A stretch of DNA of 64,000 nucleotides from Pontimicrobium sp. IMCC45349 (GTDB lineage Bacteria > Bacteroidota > Bacteroidia > Flavobacteriales > Flavobacteriaceae), in the NCBI RefSeq assembly GCF_047219225.1, contig NZ_CP178208.1, positions 2,804,001 through 2,868,000 of the forward strand, in the 5' to 3' direction. Shown here piece after piece: positions 47,536 to 57,703 of this stretch (within the stretch, counting starts at the first letter, position 1; the number at the start of each line of letters is the position of its first letter). The notes beneath the pieces were generated by a model. The model ran no database searches and was not told where the DNA came from. It saw only the letters and a list, made by a program, of their open reading frames with translations. The translations under genes and the position numbers were made by a program.

Positions 47536-47898
47536 ATGAAGAAGAAGATTTTAATTGTTGATGATGAGCCTAATATTGTAATGACCTTAGAGTATACCTT
47601 CAAAAAACAAGATTTTGAGGTATTCATTGCAAGAGATGGAAGTGAGGCATTACAAATTTTAGAAAACAATATTCCTGATGTTGTTTTATTAGATATAATG
47701 ATGCCAAATGTAGATGGCTATCAAACATTAAAATATATTAAAGAAACAGACAGTTTAACCAACACGAAAGTGGTGTTTTTAACTGCAAAAAATAAAGCTT
47801 CAGATATTGAAAAAGGCATAAAACTTGGAGCAGATAAATATTTAACTAAGCCGTTTTCAGTAAAAAAAATAGTTTCAGAAATACTTGAACTACTTTAA
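47536..47898 (+). CDS. single-domain response regulator (REC only, CheY-like)
   Basis: 120 aa with ILIVDDEPNIV...LLDIMMPNVDG...K(105) receiver motifs and no output domain. Confidence 0.8.
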   Translation: MKKKILIVDDEPNIVMTLEYTFKKQDFEVFIARDGSEALQILENNIPDVVLLDIMMPNVDGYQTLKYIKETDSLTNTKVVFLTAKNKASDIEKGIKLGADKYLTKPFSVKKIVSEILELL

Positions 47899-47952
47899 TT
47901 AATATTTGGTTTTGTGTGCAAACAACCAATGTTTAATTTAAGTATGTAGAAA

Positions 47953-48177
47953 ATGAAATTAAGATTAAATCCGTTAGCATCAGATATATTCATATCTGTA
48001 TATGTTATTATATCCTTATTTCTTCGTTTTAAATTTGAGAGTGAAAACCCTGTAAGTCCTGTAAACTCTATTGTTTTAGGGATTGGTTTTGTTGTGATTA
48101 TTTGGGCACTCATTAAGTTAAAATTCTTAAATCCAAATTGGTTCGGTTTGTTTAAACCAAAAAAATCAAAATCATGA
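47953..48177 (+). CDS. small membrane protein translationally coupled to the prpE-like gene
   Basis: 74 aa and two hydrophobic helices. Its stop overlaps the next start (ATGA). Confidence 0.4.
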   Translation: MKLRLNPLASDIFISVYVIISLFLRFKFESENPVSPVNSIVLGIGFVVIIWALIKLKFLNPNWFGLFKPKKSKS

Positions 48178-50060
48178 CATATCAAGAATTTTATAAGAGC
48201 AGTATTCAGGACCCAAAAACGTTTTGGAATGCACAAGCACAAGAACTAGATTGGCACAAAATGCCAAACAATACATTGTCAAAAGACAATGATGGATTTT
48301 ATCAATGGTTTGAAGATGGAAAACTTAACTTAAGTTATTTATGTATAGATAAACATATAGCAGATGGTTATGGTAGGCAAAATGCTATTATTTACGATTC
48401 GCCTGTAACTAATACTAAAGAGATAATTACTTTTAATAGGCTTCAAAAAGAAGTGTCAAAGTTAGCAGGTGCTTTAAAAGAATTAGGCTTACAAAAAGAA
48501 GACACAGCAATTATATATATGCCTATGATTCCTCAAGCCATTTATGCAATGTTGGCTTGTGTACGTATTGGTGTAACACACTCAGTCGTATTTGGAGGAT
48601 TTGCACCTCATGAGTTGGCAATTCGTATAGATGATTGTCAACCAAAAGTAATTATTACAGCATCTAGTGGTATTGAAGTTGATAGAATTATTCCATATAA
48701 ACCTTATGTAGATGAAGCTATAGTATTATCTCAGCATAAACCTGAAAAGGTATTGTTATATCAAAGACATTTAGGAGCAGATGCTCCTGCAAAACCTTAT
48801 GATGTAGATTATTTAGAAGCAGTTAAAAACGCTATACCAGCAGAACCAGTAGTGGTTGATTCTACACACCCTTCATACATCTTATATACTTCTGGAACTA
48901 CTGGTAAACCAAAAGGGATTATTAGAGATACAGGTGGTTATGCAACCGCTTTAAAATTTTCGATGAAGCATGTTTATGGAGTAGAATCAGGAGACGTTTA
49001 TTGGGCTGCTAGTGATGTAGGTTGGGTTGTTGGTCATAGCTATATAGTTTATGGTCCTTTATTAAATAGAAATACAACAGTGTTGTTTGAAGGTAAACCT
49101 ATTAGAACACCAGATGCTTCTACATTTTGGAGAGTTATTAGTGAACATCAAGTACGTGTTATGTTTACAGCACCTACAGCTATTAGAGCAATAAAAAAAG
49201 AAGATCCAAATGCAGAGTTCTTGAAACAATACGATATATCATGCCTAAAATATCAGTTCCTTGCAGGTGAACGTTGCGATGTATCTACACTTAAATGGAC
49301 TGAAGAAAAACTAGGTGTTCCAGTAATTGATCATTGGTGGCAAACCGAAAGTGGTTGGCCAATGTTAGCAAATATGGCAGGAGTAGAATTGCAAAAAGTA
49401 AAACCTGGATCAGCAACATTTCCCGTATGTGGATATGATTTACAAATATTAAATGAAAAAGGCGAAGTAGTACCTAATGGTACCGAAGGTTATGTAGCTG
49501 TTAAGCTTCCATTACCACCAGGAAACTTAAGAAATATTTGGGGTAATCCAGAGCGTTTTAAAGCAGGTTATCTTGAAAAGTTTCCAGGCTATTATTTTTC
49601 TGGTGATGGAGGCTATAAAGATGAAGATAATTACGTGTATATAACAGGTCGTGTAGATGATGTTATAAATGTGGCAGGTCATAGATTATCTACTGCCGAA
49701 ATGGAAGAAGTTGTAGCTGCTCACGATTCAGTGGCTGAGTGCGCTGTTATTGGTATTCATTGTGATTTAAAAGGACAAAAGCCTTTAGCATTGGCAGTTA
49801 CAAAGTCTGATAATATAATGGCTGAATCTGTAATTCAAGAAGATATTGTAAAAGAGGTAAGACATCATATAGGAGCTGTAGCTTCTTTAAAACAAGTAAT
49901 ATTGGTAGATAGACTACCAAAAACACGTTCAGGAAAAATTTTAAGAAAGCTACTTAGAAACATAGCAGATAAAAATGAGTATAAGGTGCCTTCAACTATT
50001 GATGATATAAACATTATTGGAGAAATAGAAACCGTATATAAATCACACAATGTCATTTAG
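48174..50060 (+). CDS. propionate--CoA ligase-like acyl-CoA synthetase (PrpE/AcsA family, AMP-forming)
   Basis: 628 aa with a PrpE-like N-terminus (EFYKSSIQDPKTFW...), YTSGTTGKPKG, IYMPMIPQA..LACVRIGVTHSVVFGGFA and a WWQTESG block. Confidence 0.7.
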   Translation: MTYQEFYKSSIQDPKTFWNAQAQELDWHKMPNNTLSKDNDGFYQWFEDGKLNLSYLCIDKHIADGYGRQNAIIYDSPVTNTKEIITFNRLQKEVSKLAGALKELGLQKEDTAIIYMPMIPQAIYAMLACVRIGVTHSVVFGGFAPHELAIRIDDCQPKVIITASSGIEVDRIIPYKPYVDEAIVLSQHKPEKVLLYQRHLGADAPAKPYDVDYLEAVKNAIPAEPVVVDSTHPSYILYTSGTTGKPKGIIRDTGGYATALKFSMKHVYGVESGDVYWAASDVGWVVGHSYIVYGPLLNRNTTVLFEGKPIRTPDASTFWRVISEHQVRVMFTAPTAIRAIKKEDPNAEFLKQYDISCLKYQFLAGERCDVSTLKWTEEKLGVPVIDHWWQTESGWPMLANMAGVELQKVKPGSATFPVCGYDLQILNEKGEVVPNGTEGYVAVKLPLPPGNLRNIWGNPERFKAGYLEKFPGYYFSGDGGYKDEDNYVYITGRVDDVINVAGHRLSTAEMEEVVAAHDSVAECAVIGIHCDLKGQKPLALAVTKSDNIMAESVIQEDIVKEVRHHIGAVASLKQVILVDRLPKTRSGKILRKLLRNIADKNEYKVPSTIDDINIIGEIETVYKSHNVI

Positions 50061-50169
50061 AGTTAATTTAATGTCATTAGTAGAAATAAAAAATAAAAAC
50101 AAAAATATTTTACTAGCTTAGAGGAGGTGATAAAAACACTAATCAAGCACAAATTTTAATTATAGAATT

Positions 50170-52077
50170 ATGAGTAATTATCATATAAAACATCTAGAAG
50201 AATACTATCAAGTTTATAGAAAATCTGTACGAAATCCTGAAGGGTTTTGGGAAGAGATTGCAGAAGAGCATTTTTTATGGCGTAAAAAATGGGATAATGT
50301 ATTGAGTTGGGATTTTTCTAAACCAGAAGTAAAGTGGTTTGAAGGTGCAAAACTTAATATTACAGAAAATTGTATTGATAGACATTTAGCAACTCGAGGT
50401 GATAAAACAGCTATTTTATTTGAACCTAATGACCCAAATGATCCAGCTGAACACATTAGTTATAGACAGTTATATCATCGTGTTAACAAGTTTGCAAATG
50501 TGCTAAAAGCTCAAGGTATAAAAAAAGGTGATCGTGTTTGTATTTATTTACCGATGATTCCTGAGTTGGCGATTTCTGTATTGGCTTGTGCTCGTATAGG
50601 TGCAATTCACTCAGTAGTATTTGCAGGATTTTCATCAACTGCATTATCAACTAGAATTAATGATAGCGATTGTAAAATGGTAATTACTAGCGATGGTTCT
50701 TATCGTGGAGCAAAGACTATTGATTTAAAAGGAATTGTTGATGAAGCGTTACTTGATTGTGATTGTGTAGCATCTGTTTTAGTAGCAAAACGTATTAACT
50801 CAGATATTCATATGGAAGAAGGTCGCGACCAATGGTTACAGCCTTTATTAGATGCAGCTTCAGACCAATTAACAGCAGAAGTGATGGATGCCGAAGATCC
50901 ATTATTTATTTTATATACATCAGGTTCAACTGGCAAGCCAAAAGGAATGGTGCATACTACAGGTGGTTACATGGTGTATACAGCTTATACGTTCAAAAAT
51001 GTATTTCAGTATAGAGAAAATGATGTGTATTGGTGTACTGCTGATATTGGTTGGATTACAGGACACAGTTATATTGTTTATGGACCATTAGCCAATGGAG
51101 CTACTACAGTTATGTTTGAAGGTGTGCCTAGTTATCCAGATTTTGGACGCTTTTGGGAAATTGTTGAAAAGCATAAAGTAAATCAGTTTTATACAGCACC
51201 AACAGCAATTCGTGCTTTAGCTAAACAAGGAACAGAGTTAGTTGATAAGTATGATTTAAGCTCTTTAAAAACCTTAGGTTCAGTAGGTGAGCCTATTAAT
51301 GAAGAAGCGTGGCATTGGTATAATGATAATGTAGGAAAGAAAAAAGCACCAATTGTAGATACTTGGTGGCAAACAGAAACAGGAGGAATTATGATAACAC
51401 CAATTCCTTATGCTACACCAACAAAACCAACCTATGCAACATTGCCATTTATTGGAATTCAACCTGCATTAATGGATGAAAATGGAGAAGAAATAAAAGG
51501 TAACCAAGTAGATGGTCGCTTATGTGTAAAATTTCCTTGGCCATCTATGGCACGAACTATTTGGGGAAATCATGAGCGTTATAGAGATACTTATTTTTCG
51601 GCTTATAAGGATAAGTATTTTACAGGTGATGGTGCTTTACGTGATGAGGTTGGTTATTATAGAATTACAGGTCGTGTAGACGATGTTATTATTGTGTCTG
51701 GACATAACTTAGGAACAGCACCAATTGAAGATGCTATTAATGAGCATCAAGCAGTAGCTGAGTCTGCTATTGTAGGTTTCCCTCACGATGTAAAAGGAAG
51801 TGCGTTATATGGTTATGTAACTTTAAAAGATACAGGCGAAAGCAGAGACCACGATAATTTACGTAAAGAAATTAACCAGATTATTACAGAGCATATTGGG
51901 CCAATTGCTAAACTAGATAAAATACAGTTTACTCAAGGATTACCAAAAACACGTTCTGGAAAAATTATGAGACGTATTTTACGTAAAATAGCACATAAAG
52001 ATACTTCTAATCTAGGTGATACAAGTACATTGTTAAATCCAGAGGTAGTACAAGATATTATGGATAATGCCTTATAA
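50170..52077 (+). CDS. acs: acetyl-CoA synthetase (AMP-forming)
   Basis: 635 aa with YTSGSTGKPKG, WWQTETGG and a C-terminal LPKTRSGKIMRR, all canonical Acs blocks. Confidence 0.85.
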   Translation: MSNYHIKHLEEYYQVYRKSVRNPEGFWEEIAEEHFLWRKKWDNVLSWDFSKPEVKWFEGAKLNITENCIDRHLATRGDKTAILFEPNDPNDPAEHISYRQLYHRVNKFANVLKAQGIKKGDRVCIYLPMIPELAISVLACARIGAIHSVVFAGFSSTALSTRINDSDCKMVITSDGSYRGAKTIDLKGIVDEALLDCDCVASVLVAKRINSDIHMEEGRDQWLQPLLDAASDQLTAEVMDAEDPLFILYTSGSTGKPKGMVHTTGGYMVYTAYTFKNVFQYRENDVYWCTADIGWITGHSYIVYGPLANGATTVMFEGVPSYPDFGRFWEIVEKHKVNQFYTAPTAIRALAKQGTELVDKYDLSSLKTLGSVGEPINEEAWHWYNDNVGKKKAPIVDTWWQTETGGIMITPIPYATPTKPTYATLPFIGIQPALMDENGEEIKGNQVDGRLCVKFPWPSMARTIWGNHERYRDTYFSAYKDKYFTGDGALRDEVGYYRITGRVDDVIIVSGHNLGTAPIEDAINEHQAVAESAIVGFPHDVKGSALYGYVTLKDTGESRDHDNLRKEINQIITEHIGPIAKLDKIQFTQGLPKTRSGKIMRRILRKIAHKDTSNLGDTSTLLNPEVVQDIMDNAL

Positions 52078-52113
52078 CATTATCTGTTTTTTATTGATTG
52101 ATTTTTAAGTATT

Positions 52114-52146
52114 AAAAAAGCATCTCGAAAGAGATGCTTTTTTTGT
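52114..52146. terminator. bidirectional rho-independent terminator (AGCATCTCGAAAGAGATGCT flanked by A6 and T7)
   Basis: A perfect 8-bp stem between an A-run and a T-run, lying between convergent acs and 52158..52679. Confidence 0.8.
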
Positions 52147-52157
52147 GATTCTTTATA

Positions 52158-52679
52158 TTATAAATTTTGTAATCGTAAACTCTCAAGCTTTTGTGCATAA
52201 GTCAATATAACTTTGCCAAAAGAACCAGTTTTTACATCACTATAATAATATTCGTCAGTTTTACGATCTAGCATGTAATAGTTAGAATATGGTGCGCTTC
52301 TAGTTTTAAATTCTCCAGAGGCTCCATATCCAGCAGAAGCAGTACTTCCCGCATCATAATCAAAAATATACCTGTATTTATCTAGGTCTGCATACTCTTC
52401 ATTTTCAAGGTCTTCTTCTAAAACGAAAATGAATTTGCCTTTATAGTTTTCGTTAAAATGCTTTTTCATGTATTTATCTCTACTATTTCTGCCTTTTAGT
52501 ACGCATATTAAAGTAGAATTGTCTTTACCAAACTCTGGAGGAATAGCATTGTTTTCAGTAGTTATATGCTTTTCGGCTACATTTTTTTGATTAGCCATTA
52601 CTGCTGCAGCAATGCAAGAATTAAGCAATAGAAAAGAACAAAGAATAATTAAAAGTCTTAACGGATAAATTATTTTCAT
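52158..52679 (-). CDS. hypothetical lipoprotein
   Basis: Signal peptide with a lipobox-like ..LLNSCIAA. 173 aa. Confidence 0.5.
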   Translation of the reverse strand: MKIIYPLRLLIILCSFLLLNSCIAAAVMANQKNVAEKHITTENNAIPPEFGKDNSTLICVLKGRNSRDKYMKKHFNENYKGKFIFVLEEDLENEEYADLDKYRYIFDYDAGSTASAGYGASGEFKTRSAPYSNYYMLDRKTDEYYYSDVKTGSFGKVILTYAQKLESLRLQNL

Positions 52680-52763
52680 TATTGAATGATTTTGATTACA
52701 TCAAAAGTAAGTGAAAATAATTAATATTAAAACATAGAAATTAGTTTTGTTGTTGTTTTTTAG

Positions 52764-53801
52764 TTAGTTAGGGTTGTTTTCTTTTTCCAATATTTTAGCA
52801 ATTCTATTATTTATAATTTCTGATAAGTTCCAATTATAAAGCTCTTTATCAGTAGTGTTGTAAAATGCAACAATAACTGCATCTATATCTTTATAGTATT
52901 TTGCAAAACTTTGGTATCCAGGAACCCAACCAGCATGTTCAAATTCGTAAATAGAAGCATATATCTTTTGCTCTTCAGGTTTTAATAATGAACCATCGTT
53001 TAATGCTCTAAGAAATATACCAACATCTTCTGCAGTGGCTAACATACCATGTTCGTCTTCTTTTAAATCGTATGGATAGTCTACATGGTAACCACTCATG
53101 ACATCTTCTAAATTCACTTCTTTTAAAGACCCAAAAGTATTGTTTAGGTTTAGTGGTTTTAAGATTTCTTCTTGTACAAATTGAAAGTTGTTATAGCCTA
53201 ATGCATTATCCATAATTTTATTGATTAATAAATAATTGGTATTACAATATTCATAATCTTCACCTGGTTGAAAGTTAGCAGGTTTGTTGGTAATTAGTGC
53301 TAGACTTTCTTCGTAAGTTCTTGTTGGATTAGACCAAAAATTTGGCGTGTCTGTAAAGTTTGGAATACCACTTTTATGCTGTATCATTAAGCGTAGTGTA
53401 ATTTTATCGGCATTTTCAATTTTACCAACAAGTTCTGGTAAATAATCAGCGATGGTTTTATCTAATGATAGTTTGCCTTTGCTTACCAATTTGGTAACAG
53501 CTACAGCATCATAGAGTTTGCTAATACTTGCTATTTTAAATAAAGCATTTGGTTTTGCAGCTATTTTAGTATCGCGATTATGCCAGCCAGAAGCAGCATA
53601 TTGCGGCGTGTTTCCTGCTTTATCTATATAAACAACCATACCATCAAAACCATGATTAATAGCTTGCTCTGTTTGTTCTTGAACTGTATCAGGTAAAGGT
53701 AAAATCCATGCTTTAACCAAAAGCCAAGGCACAAAGAAAAGAGAGGTGATAGTTCCAACAAATAGTATGATTCTTAATATTGTTTTTTTAGAGATATTCA
53801 T
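52764..53801 (-). CDS. beta-lactamase-family serine hydrolase (class C/esterase-like), membrane-anchored or secreted
   Basis: N-terminal hydrophobic segment. S-x-x-K motif (FKIASISKLYDAVAV). 345 aa. Confidence 0.7.
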   Translation of the reverse strand: MNISKKTILRIILFVGTITSLFFVPWLLVKAWILPLPDTVQEQTEQAINHGFDGMVVYIDKAGNTPQYAASGWHNRDTKIAAKPNALFKIASISKLYDAVAVTKLVSKGKLSLDKTIADYLPELVGKIENADKITLRLMIQHKSGIPNFTDTPNFWSNPTRTYEESLALITNKPANFQPGEDYEYCNTNYLLINKIMDNALGYNNFQFVQEEILKPLNLNNTFGSLKEVNLEDVMSGYHVDYPYDLKEDEHGMLATAEDVGIFLRALNDGSLLKPEEQKIYASIYEFEHAGWVPGYQSFAKYYKDIDAVIVAFYNTTDKELYNWNLSEIINNRIAKILEKENNPN

Positions 53802-53940
53802 GATTACAATTGTGATTAATATACAAGCGTATTACAATTTTACGAAAGCAAAATACCGAATAAATATTAAGAGTTTTATTTTTTAGTTTCTGAATTGCAG
53901 AATTTTAATGATGAATTGTATAATTATAGCTATAAGTTAT

Positions 53941-54083
53941 ATGAGGAGTTCGTTTAACGGTTTTGTGTATGGTTAGTTGCGTGTTTCAGCAACTAATTTT
54001 GCAAATCAAGCCTAATAGAAAATCGTGACGAGTAAGTAGGCGAGTACTAGCAATTAATTATACACGGTGTTGTAAAACGTTTA
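53941..54083. repeat. B-type element, copy B4 (abuts the 3' end of the WD40 gene)
   Basis: It begins GAGGAGTTCGTTTAACGGTTTTGTGTATGG (compare B3 GGAAGTTCGTTTAACGTGTTCGTGTATGG). It contains the hairpin TAGTTGC-GTGTTTCA-GCAACTA followed by ATTTT. Its inner end tatacacggtgttgtaaaacg resembles the B1-B3 inner ends and overlaps the stop at 54081. Confidence 0.65.
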
Positions 54084-55127
54084 TTCTTTGACAACTTCCC
54101 AAATCTTCACTGTTTTATCTTTACTAGGTGTAGCTATTAACTTTCCATCCGAACTTACATCCATCCCCAAACCAATGTCATCCTTATGTTCAGTTATTGT
54201 TTGAAGAATGGTTTCACTTTCAATATCCCATAGTGTTGCTATAACAGGTATTGTATATCCTTTAAAACCAAAATGATATTCTAACAGCTCTCCTAGCATC
54301 TTTTTATCTGTTCCTCCTGCCAAAATTCTATTATTTCCAACAAACACAACTGAATGAAGAGCTTTATTTTCTCCTTTTAATGTATGCATTAATTCCCAAG
54401 TATTGGTATTCCAAATTTTAATGGTTTTATCATCTCCTGCACTTGCTAATAATTCACCATTTGGACTAAAATCCATCGATAGAGGAACTAATGAATGTCC
54501 CAAAATTGTCTTTATTAACGCTCCAGATTTCACATCATATATTCTTATAGCATTATCACTGCCTGAGGCCGCTAAATAGTCTCCAGTGTGATTAAAAACA
54601 ACCTCCCAAATATTATGTGAAGATTCTGTAAATTCATATTTAATTTCTCCAGTATTTATATTCCAAACAGTTACTTTATCATCATTGCTACCAGCTGCTA
54701 TTAAATGACCATTTGGGCTAAAATCTACCGACCAAATAGTACCTTCATTACCATCTAACACTCTTAAAAGCTCTCCAGAACTCACATTCCAAAGTCTTAC
54801 TTTACCATCATAAGCTCCAGTTGCCACTAATGTCCCATCTATATTAAAATCTACAGCTGGTGAGCCCGTTTCATGTGGTAAATTATGTACTGTTTCACCT
54901 GTAATTCTATTCCAAATTTTAGTATTGGAATCTATGCCCCCACTTATCATGAGTGTATCGTTTGGTAAAAATTTCACTTCCCAAACATCACCAGAGTGAT
55001 CTTTAAACGTTTCTTTTAACTTAAGATAATTACCTTCAACTAACTTTGGTTGATTAAATAACTGTAAATATGTAAAACATGCAATACCAAATGCGAGCAA
55101 GGATATTATAATTTTTCTCTTTCTCAT
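54081..55127 (-). CDS. WD40/beta-propeller repeat protein with a signal peptide
   Basis: Repeated ...GH/SxDxTVKIWN/WD-like units throughout. 348 aa. Confidence 0.7.
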   Translation of the reverse strand: MRKRKIIISLLAFGIACFTYLQLFNQPKLVEGNYLKLKETFKDHSGDVWEVKFLPNDTLMISGGIDSNTKIWNRITGETVHNLPHETGSPAVDFNIDGTLVATGAYDGKVRLWNVSSGELLRVLDGNEGTIWSVDFSPNGHLIAAGSNDDKVTVWNINTGEIKYEFTESSHNIWEVVFNHTGDYLAASGSDNAIRIYDVKSGALIKTILGHSLVPLSMDFSPNGELLASAGDDKTIKIWNTNTWELMHTLKGENKALHSVVFVGNNRILAGGTDKKMLGELLEYHFGFKGYTIPVIATLWDIESETILQTITEHKDDIGLGMDVSSDGKLIATPSKDKTVKIWEVVKE

Positions 55128-56372
55128 TTATTTGATGTTTTCTAATTTATCAATCATTCTTTTTGCTGAAGTCGAGCTTGGATCTAATTCTAATGCCTTT
55201 TTGTATGACCTTAAAGCATTCATTTTATCGCGTTTTTGGAAATACGCTTCCCCCAAACTATCCCATGAATTGGCATCCTCTGGAAATAATTTTGTGTTCT
55301 CTTGAAATACAATAATAGCTTCATTGATCAATTTATCTTGTAGAAATCCATAGCCAATACTATTGAATACATTTCCTTTATTTCTAGTAACTGTTTTGTT
55401 TATAGCATTAATATAAGCAATTACAAAAGCCTCATTACTATTGGTTTTAACGTTGGGCTGTACACCTTTGCCCTCCCAATTTGTTTTTGTTACTGGATGT
55501 ATTGCTTGAATGTATGGTAACGAAATAGAAAAGTTATCGTTTAAATTTATAGTTTTTGTTCTGTTAGCTCCTCCTTTAGTAACTTCACCTACGACAACAG
55601 CTTTATCTAAATGTTTTAATGAATAGGTAAAAGCTTCTGCAGCAGAAAATGTGTTTTTACTTGTTAATATATATAAAGGTTTATTAGTCATCCTTTTACC
55701 ATCGATAGTTTTGAAGGTGAATAATTGTGTTTTTTCATTCGTTTTACGCTCATAGAAATTACTCAACAAAACAGGTTCCGGATCCGTAAAATAACTAGAT
55801 AACAATTGTACCATACCTGGAACACCTCCACCATTTTTTCTTAAATCTATAATAATAGCATTGGTATTGTATAGAAAGTTCATCGCAGAGGTTGCGGCAT
55901 CTTTTCCTTGTTCAAGGCTTGTAAACATACGTAAATTCAAATAGCCAATATTTCCTTTAAGAACTTTAACTTCTGTAAAACCATAATTGATTTCTGCCAT
56001 TTTCATTGCTATCATTCTCTCTTTTTGTTTTTTCATTTCTTCTGGCATAACATGTTTACTTTGTGCTATTTTTTTTGAAGCATAATTTAGTTTTAAATGT
56101 AGATCATGACTTACGTTTTGTAAATCTTGAGTAACTAGTTTTACAAAATCTTTAGGGTTTGTAACCAACTTGTACTTGTTCGATTTTAAATTAGATTTTA
56201 AGACAGAGTTCATTTCTTGGGCAATCTCTAAATCTATATATGTTTCCAATAAATTCTCTGAAATCAACTGTATTACTTCAGTTTTTTCCTTATTAGTGAT
56301 TTCCTTATTCTGTGCTTTAAGACTTAATAGAGCTAGAAACAATAATACTAATGTTATAATTTGTTTTCTCAT
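55128..56372 (-). CDS. S41-family (tail-specific/C-terminal processing) peptidase with C-terminal TPR-like repeats
   Basis: S41 signature IIDLRKNGGGVPGMV plus the C-terminal DSLGEAYFQKRDKMNALRSYKKALELDP. Signal peptide. It abuts the WD40 gene with no gap. Confidence 0.7.
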   Translation of the reverse strand: MRKQIITLVLLFLALLSLKAQNKEITNKEKTEVIQLISENLLETYIDLEIAQEMNSVLKSNLKSNKYKLVTNPKDFVKLVTQDLQNVSHDLHLKLNYASKKIAQSKHVMPEEMKKQKERMIAMKMAEINYGFTEVKVLKGNIGYLNLRMFTSLEQGKDAATSAMNFLYNTNAIIIDLRKNGGGVPGMVQLLSSYFTDPEPVLLSNFYERKTNEKTQLFTFKTIDGKRMTNKPLYILTSKNTFSAAEAFTYSLKHLDKAVVVGEVTKGGANRTKTINLNDNFSISLPYIQAIHPVTKTNWEGKGVQPNVKTNSNEAFVIAYINAINKTVTRNKGNVFNSIGYGFLQDKLINEAIIVFQENTKLFPEDANSWDSLGEAYFQKRDKMNALRSYKKALELDPSSTSAKRMIDKLENIK

Positions 56373-56578
56373 TTTGACCGATTTTAAATTTGATACAAAC
56401 CTATAGTCAATCTGTAAACCATTGAATTTAATTTCTTGTTTACATATCTTTTAAACACACATATGATTGTTTTAGTCACTAACTAAACTTGCGTCTGTTA
56501 ATAATACGTTTGTGAAGCTTTTTGGTATGTTGGTGCAAAACATTCTATGAATAACTTTAAGATTATTAGTTTTACAGT

Positions 56579-57703
56579 ATGATTGCACTCTTAAAAAAAT
56601 ATAAAGCATTTGTTTACGGACTCATAATTTTTAGGATTGTAGTTGTGGTATTATCATATTTCAATTTCGTACATATTGATAATTCTGAATACTTATCTAA
56701 TACTTTGAGTTTTATCTTTTATTGGTTATTATTCTCTTTGCCAATATATTACTTTCCATTTTTGAAAAAACATAAAACCAATAGTTTTAAGTTTTTTGGT
56801 CTTATAGTTTTTTTTATTCTTGTTTTAGTCAACGATGCTAATTCTAAGATGATAGATAATCCAATTACCATTATTGGAATCATAAGTATTGGTTTACTTT
56901 TCACCTCAATTGTTGCTTCAAAATTTTTCAAAAAATACGCTCTATTTACAATAGTATTTTATGTATTGAGTTTAAGTTATTATATCTACTTAAGAGTATA
57001 TATAGATGATATAAATGTGTATTTACAGCAAGAAAAGGAAATCAAAATCATCTTAACTATTCCTTTTTTTTTATTGATTTTAGGATGGTTTTTTCAGCAA
57101 TGGAAATGGATGAAAACATTAGAATCAAAAAAAACCAAAGCCGAACTATCCCTTTTAAAAAATCAGATAAATCCACACTTCTTTTTTAATACACTGAATA
57201 ACTTATATGGCTTAACGGTTGAAAAATCTGATGATGCTCCAAATGTTGTTTTAAAATTATCAGACATGATGCGTTATACAATTTATATGGCTAAGGAGGA
57301 TTTTGTTTCTTTAAAAGATGAAGTTGACTATTTAAAGAATTACATTGAATTACATAAAATTAGGTATCAAAAAAAAGTAGATATTCAATTTACGTATTCC
57401 AATTTATCAGATTACCAAATCGCACCTTTATTGTATATTATAGCATTAGAAAATGCATTTAAGCATGGTGCTGAAAAATTAACAGAGAACGCATATATTC
57501 ATATTCATATTAGTACCAATGATGGAGTTATTCTTTTTGAAATAGAAAATAACTTTGAAAAACCAAGATCAAAACAAGATTTTGGAATTGGGTTGGATAA
57601 TTTAAAACAGCGTTTGCAATTATTATATCCAAAAAAACATCAACTTATTATTGAAAGTACTAATTCTGTATATAAATTCGTCCTTAAACTAGAAGCCAAA
57701 TGA
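56579..57703 (+). CDS. LytS-type membrane sensor histidine kinase
   Basis: Multi-TM N-terminus. H-box LKNQINPHFFFNTLNNLYGL. HATPase-like C-terminus. Confidence 0.8.
   Translation: MIALLKKYKAFVYGLIIFRIVVVVLSYFNFVHIDNSEYLSNTLSFIFYWLLFSLPIYYFPFLKKHKTNSFKFFGLIVFFILVLVNDANSKMIDNPITIIGIISIGLLFTSIVASKFFKKYALFTIVFYVLSLSYYIYLRVYIDDINVYLQQEKEIKIILTIPFFLLILGWFFQQWKWMKTLESKKTKAELSLLKNQINPHFFFNTLNNLYGLTVEKSDDAPNVVLKLSDMMRYTIYMAKEDFVSLKDEVDYLKNYIELHKIRYQKKVDIQFTYSNLSDYQIAPLLYIIALENAFKHGAEKLTENAYIHIHISTNDGVILFEIENNFEKPRSKQDFGIGLDNLKQRLQLLYPKKHQLIIESTNSVYKFVLKLEAK

Noticed and set aside
47895-48242. 115-aa minus-strand ORF overlapping the REC-gene end, the small membrane ORF and the prpE-like start
   Set aside because: It overlaps three co-directional plus-strand genes that form a coherent operon, and it has no motifs. 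It is most likely spurious.
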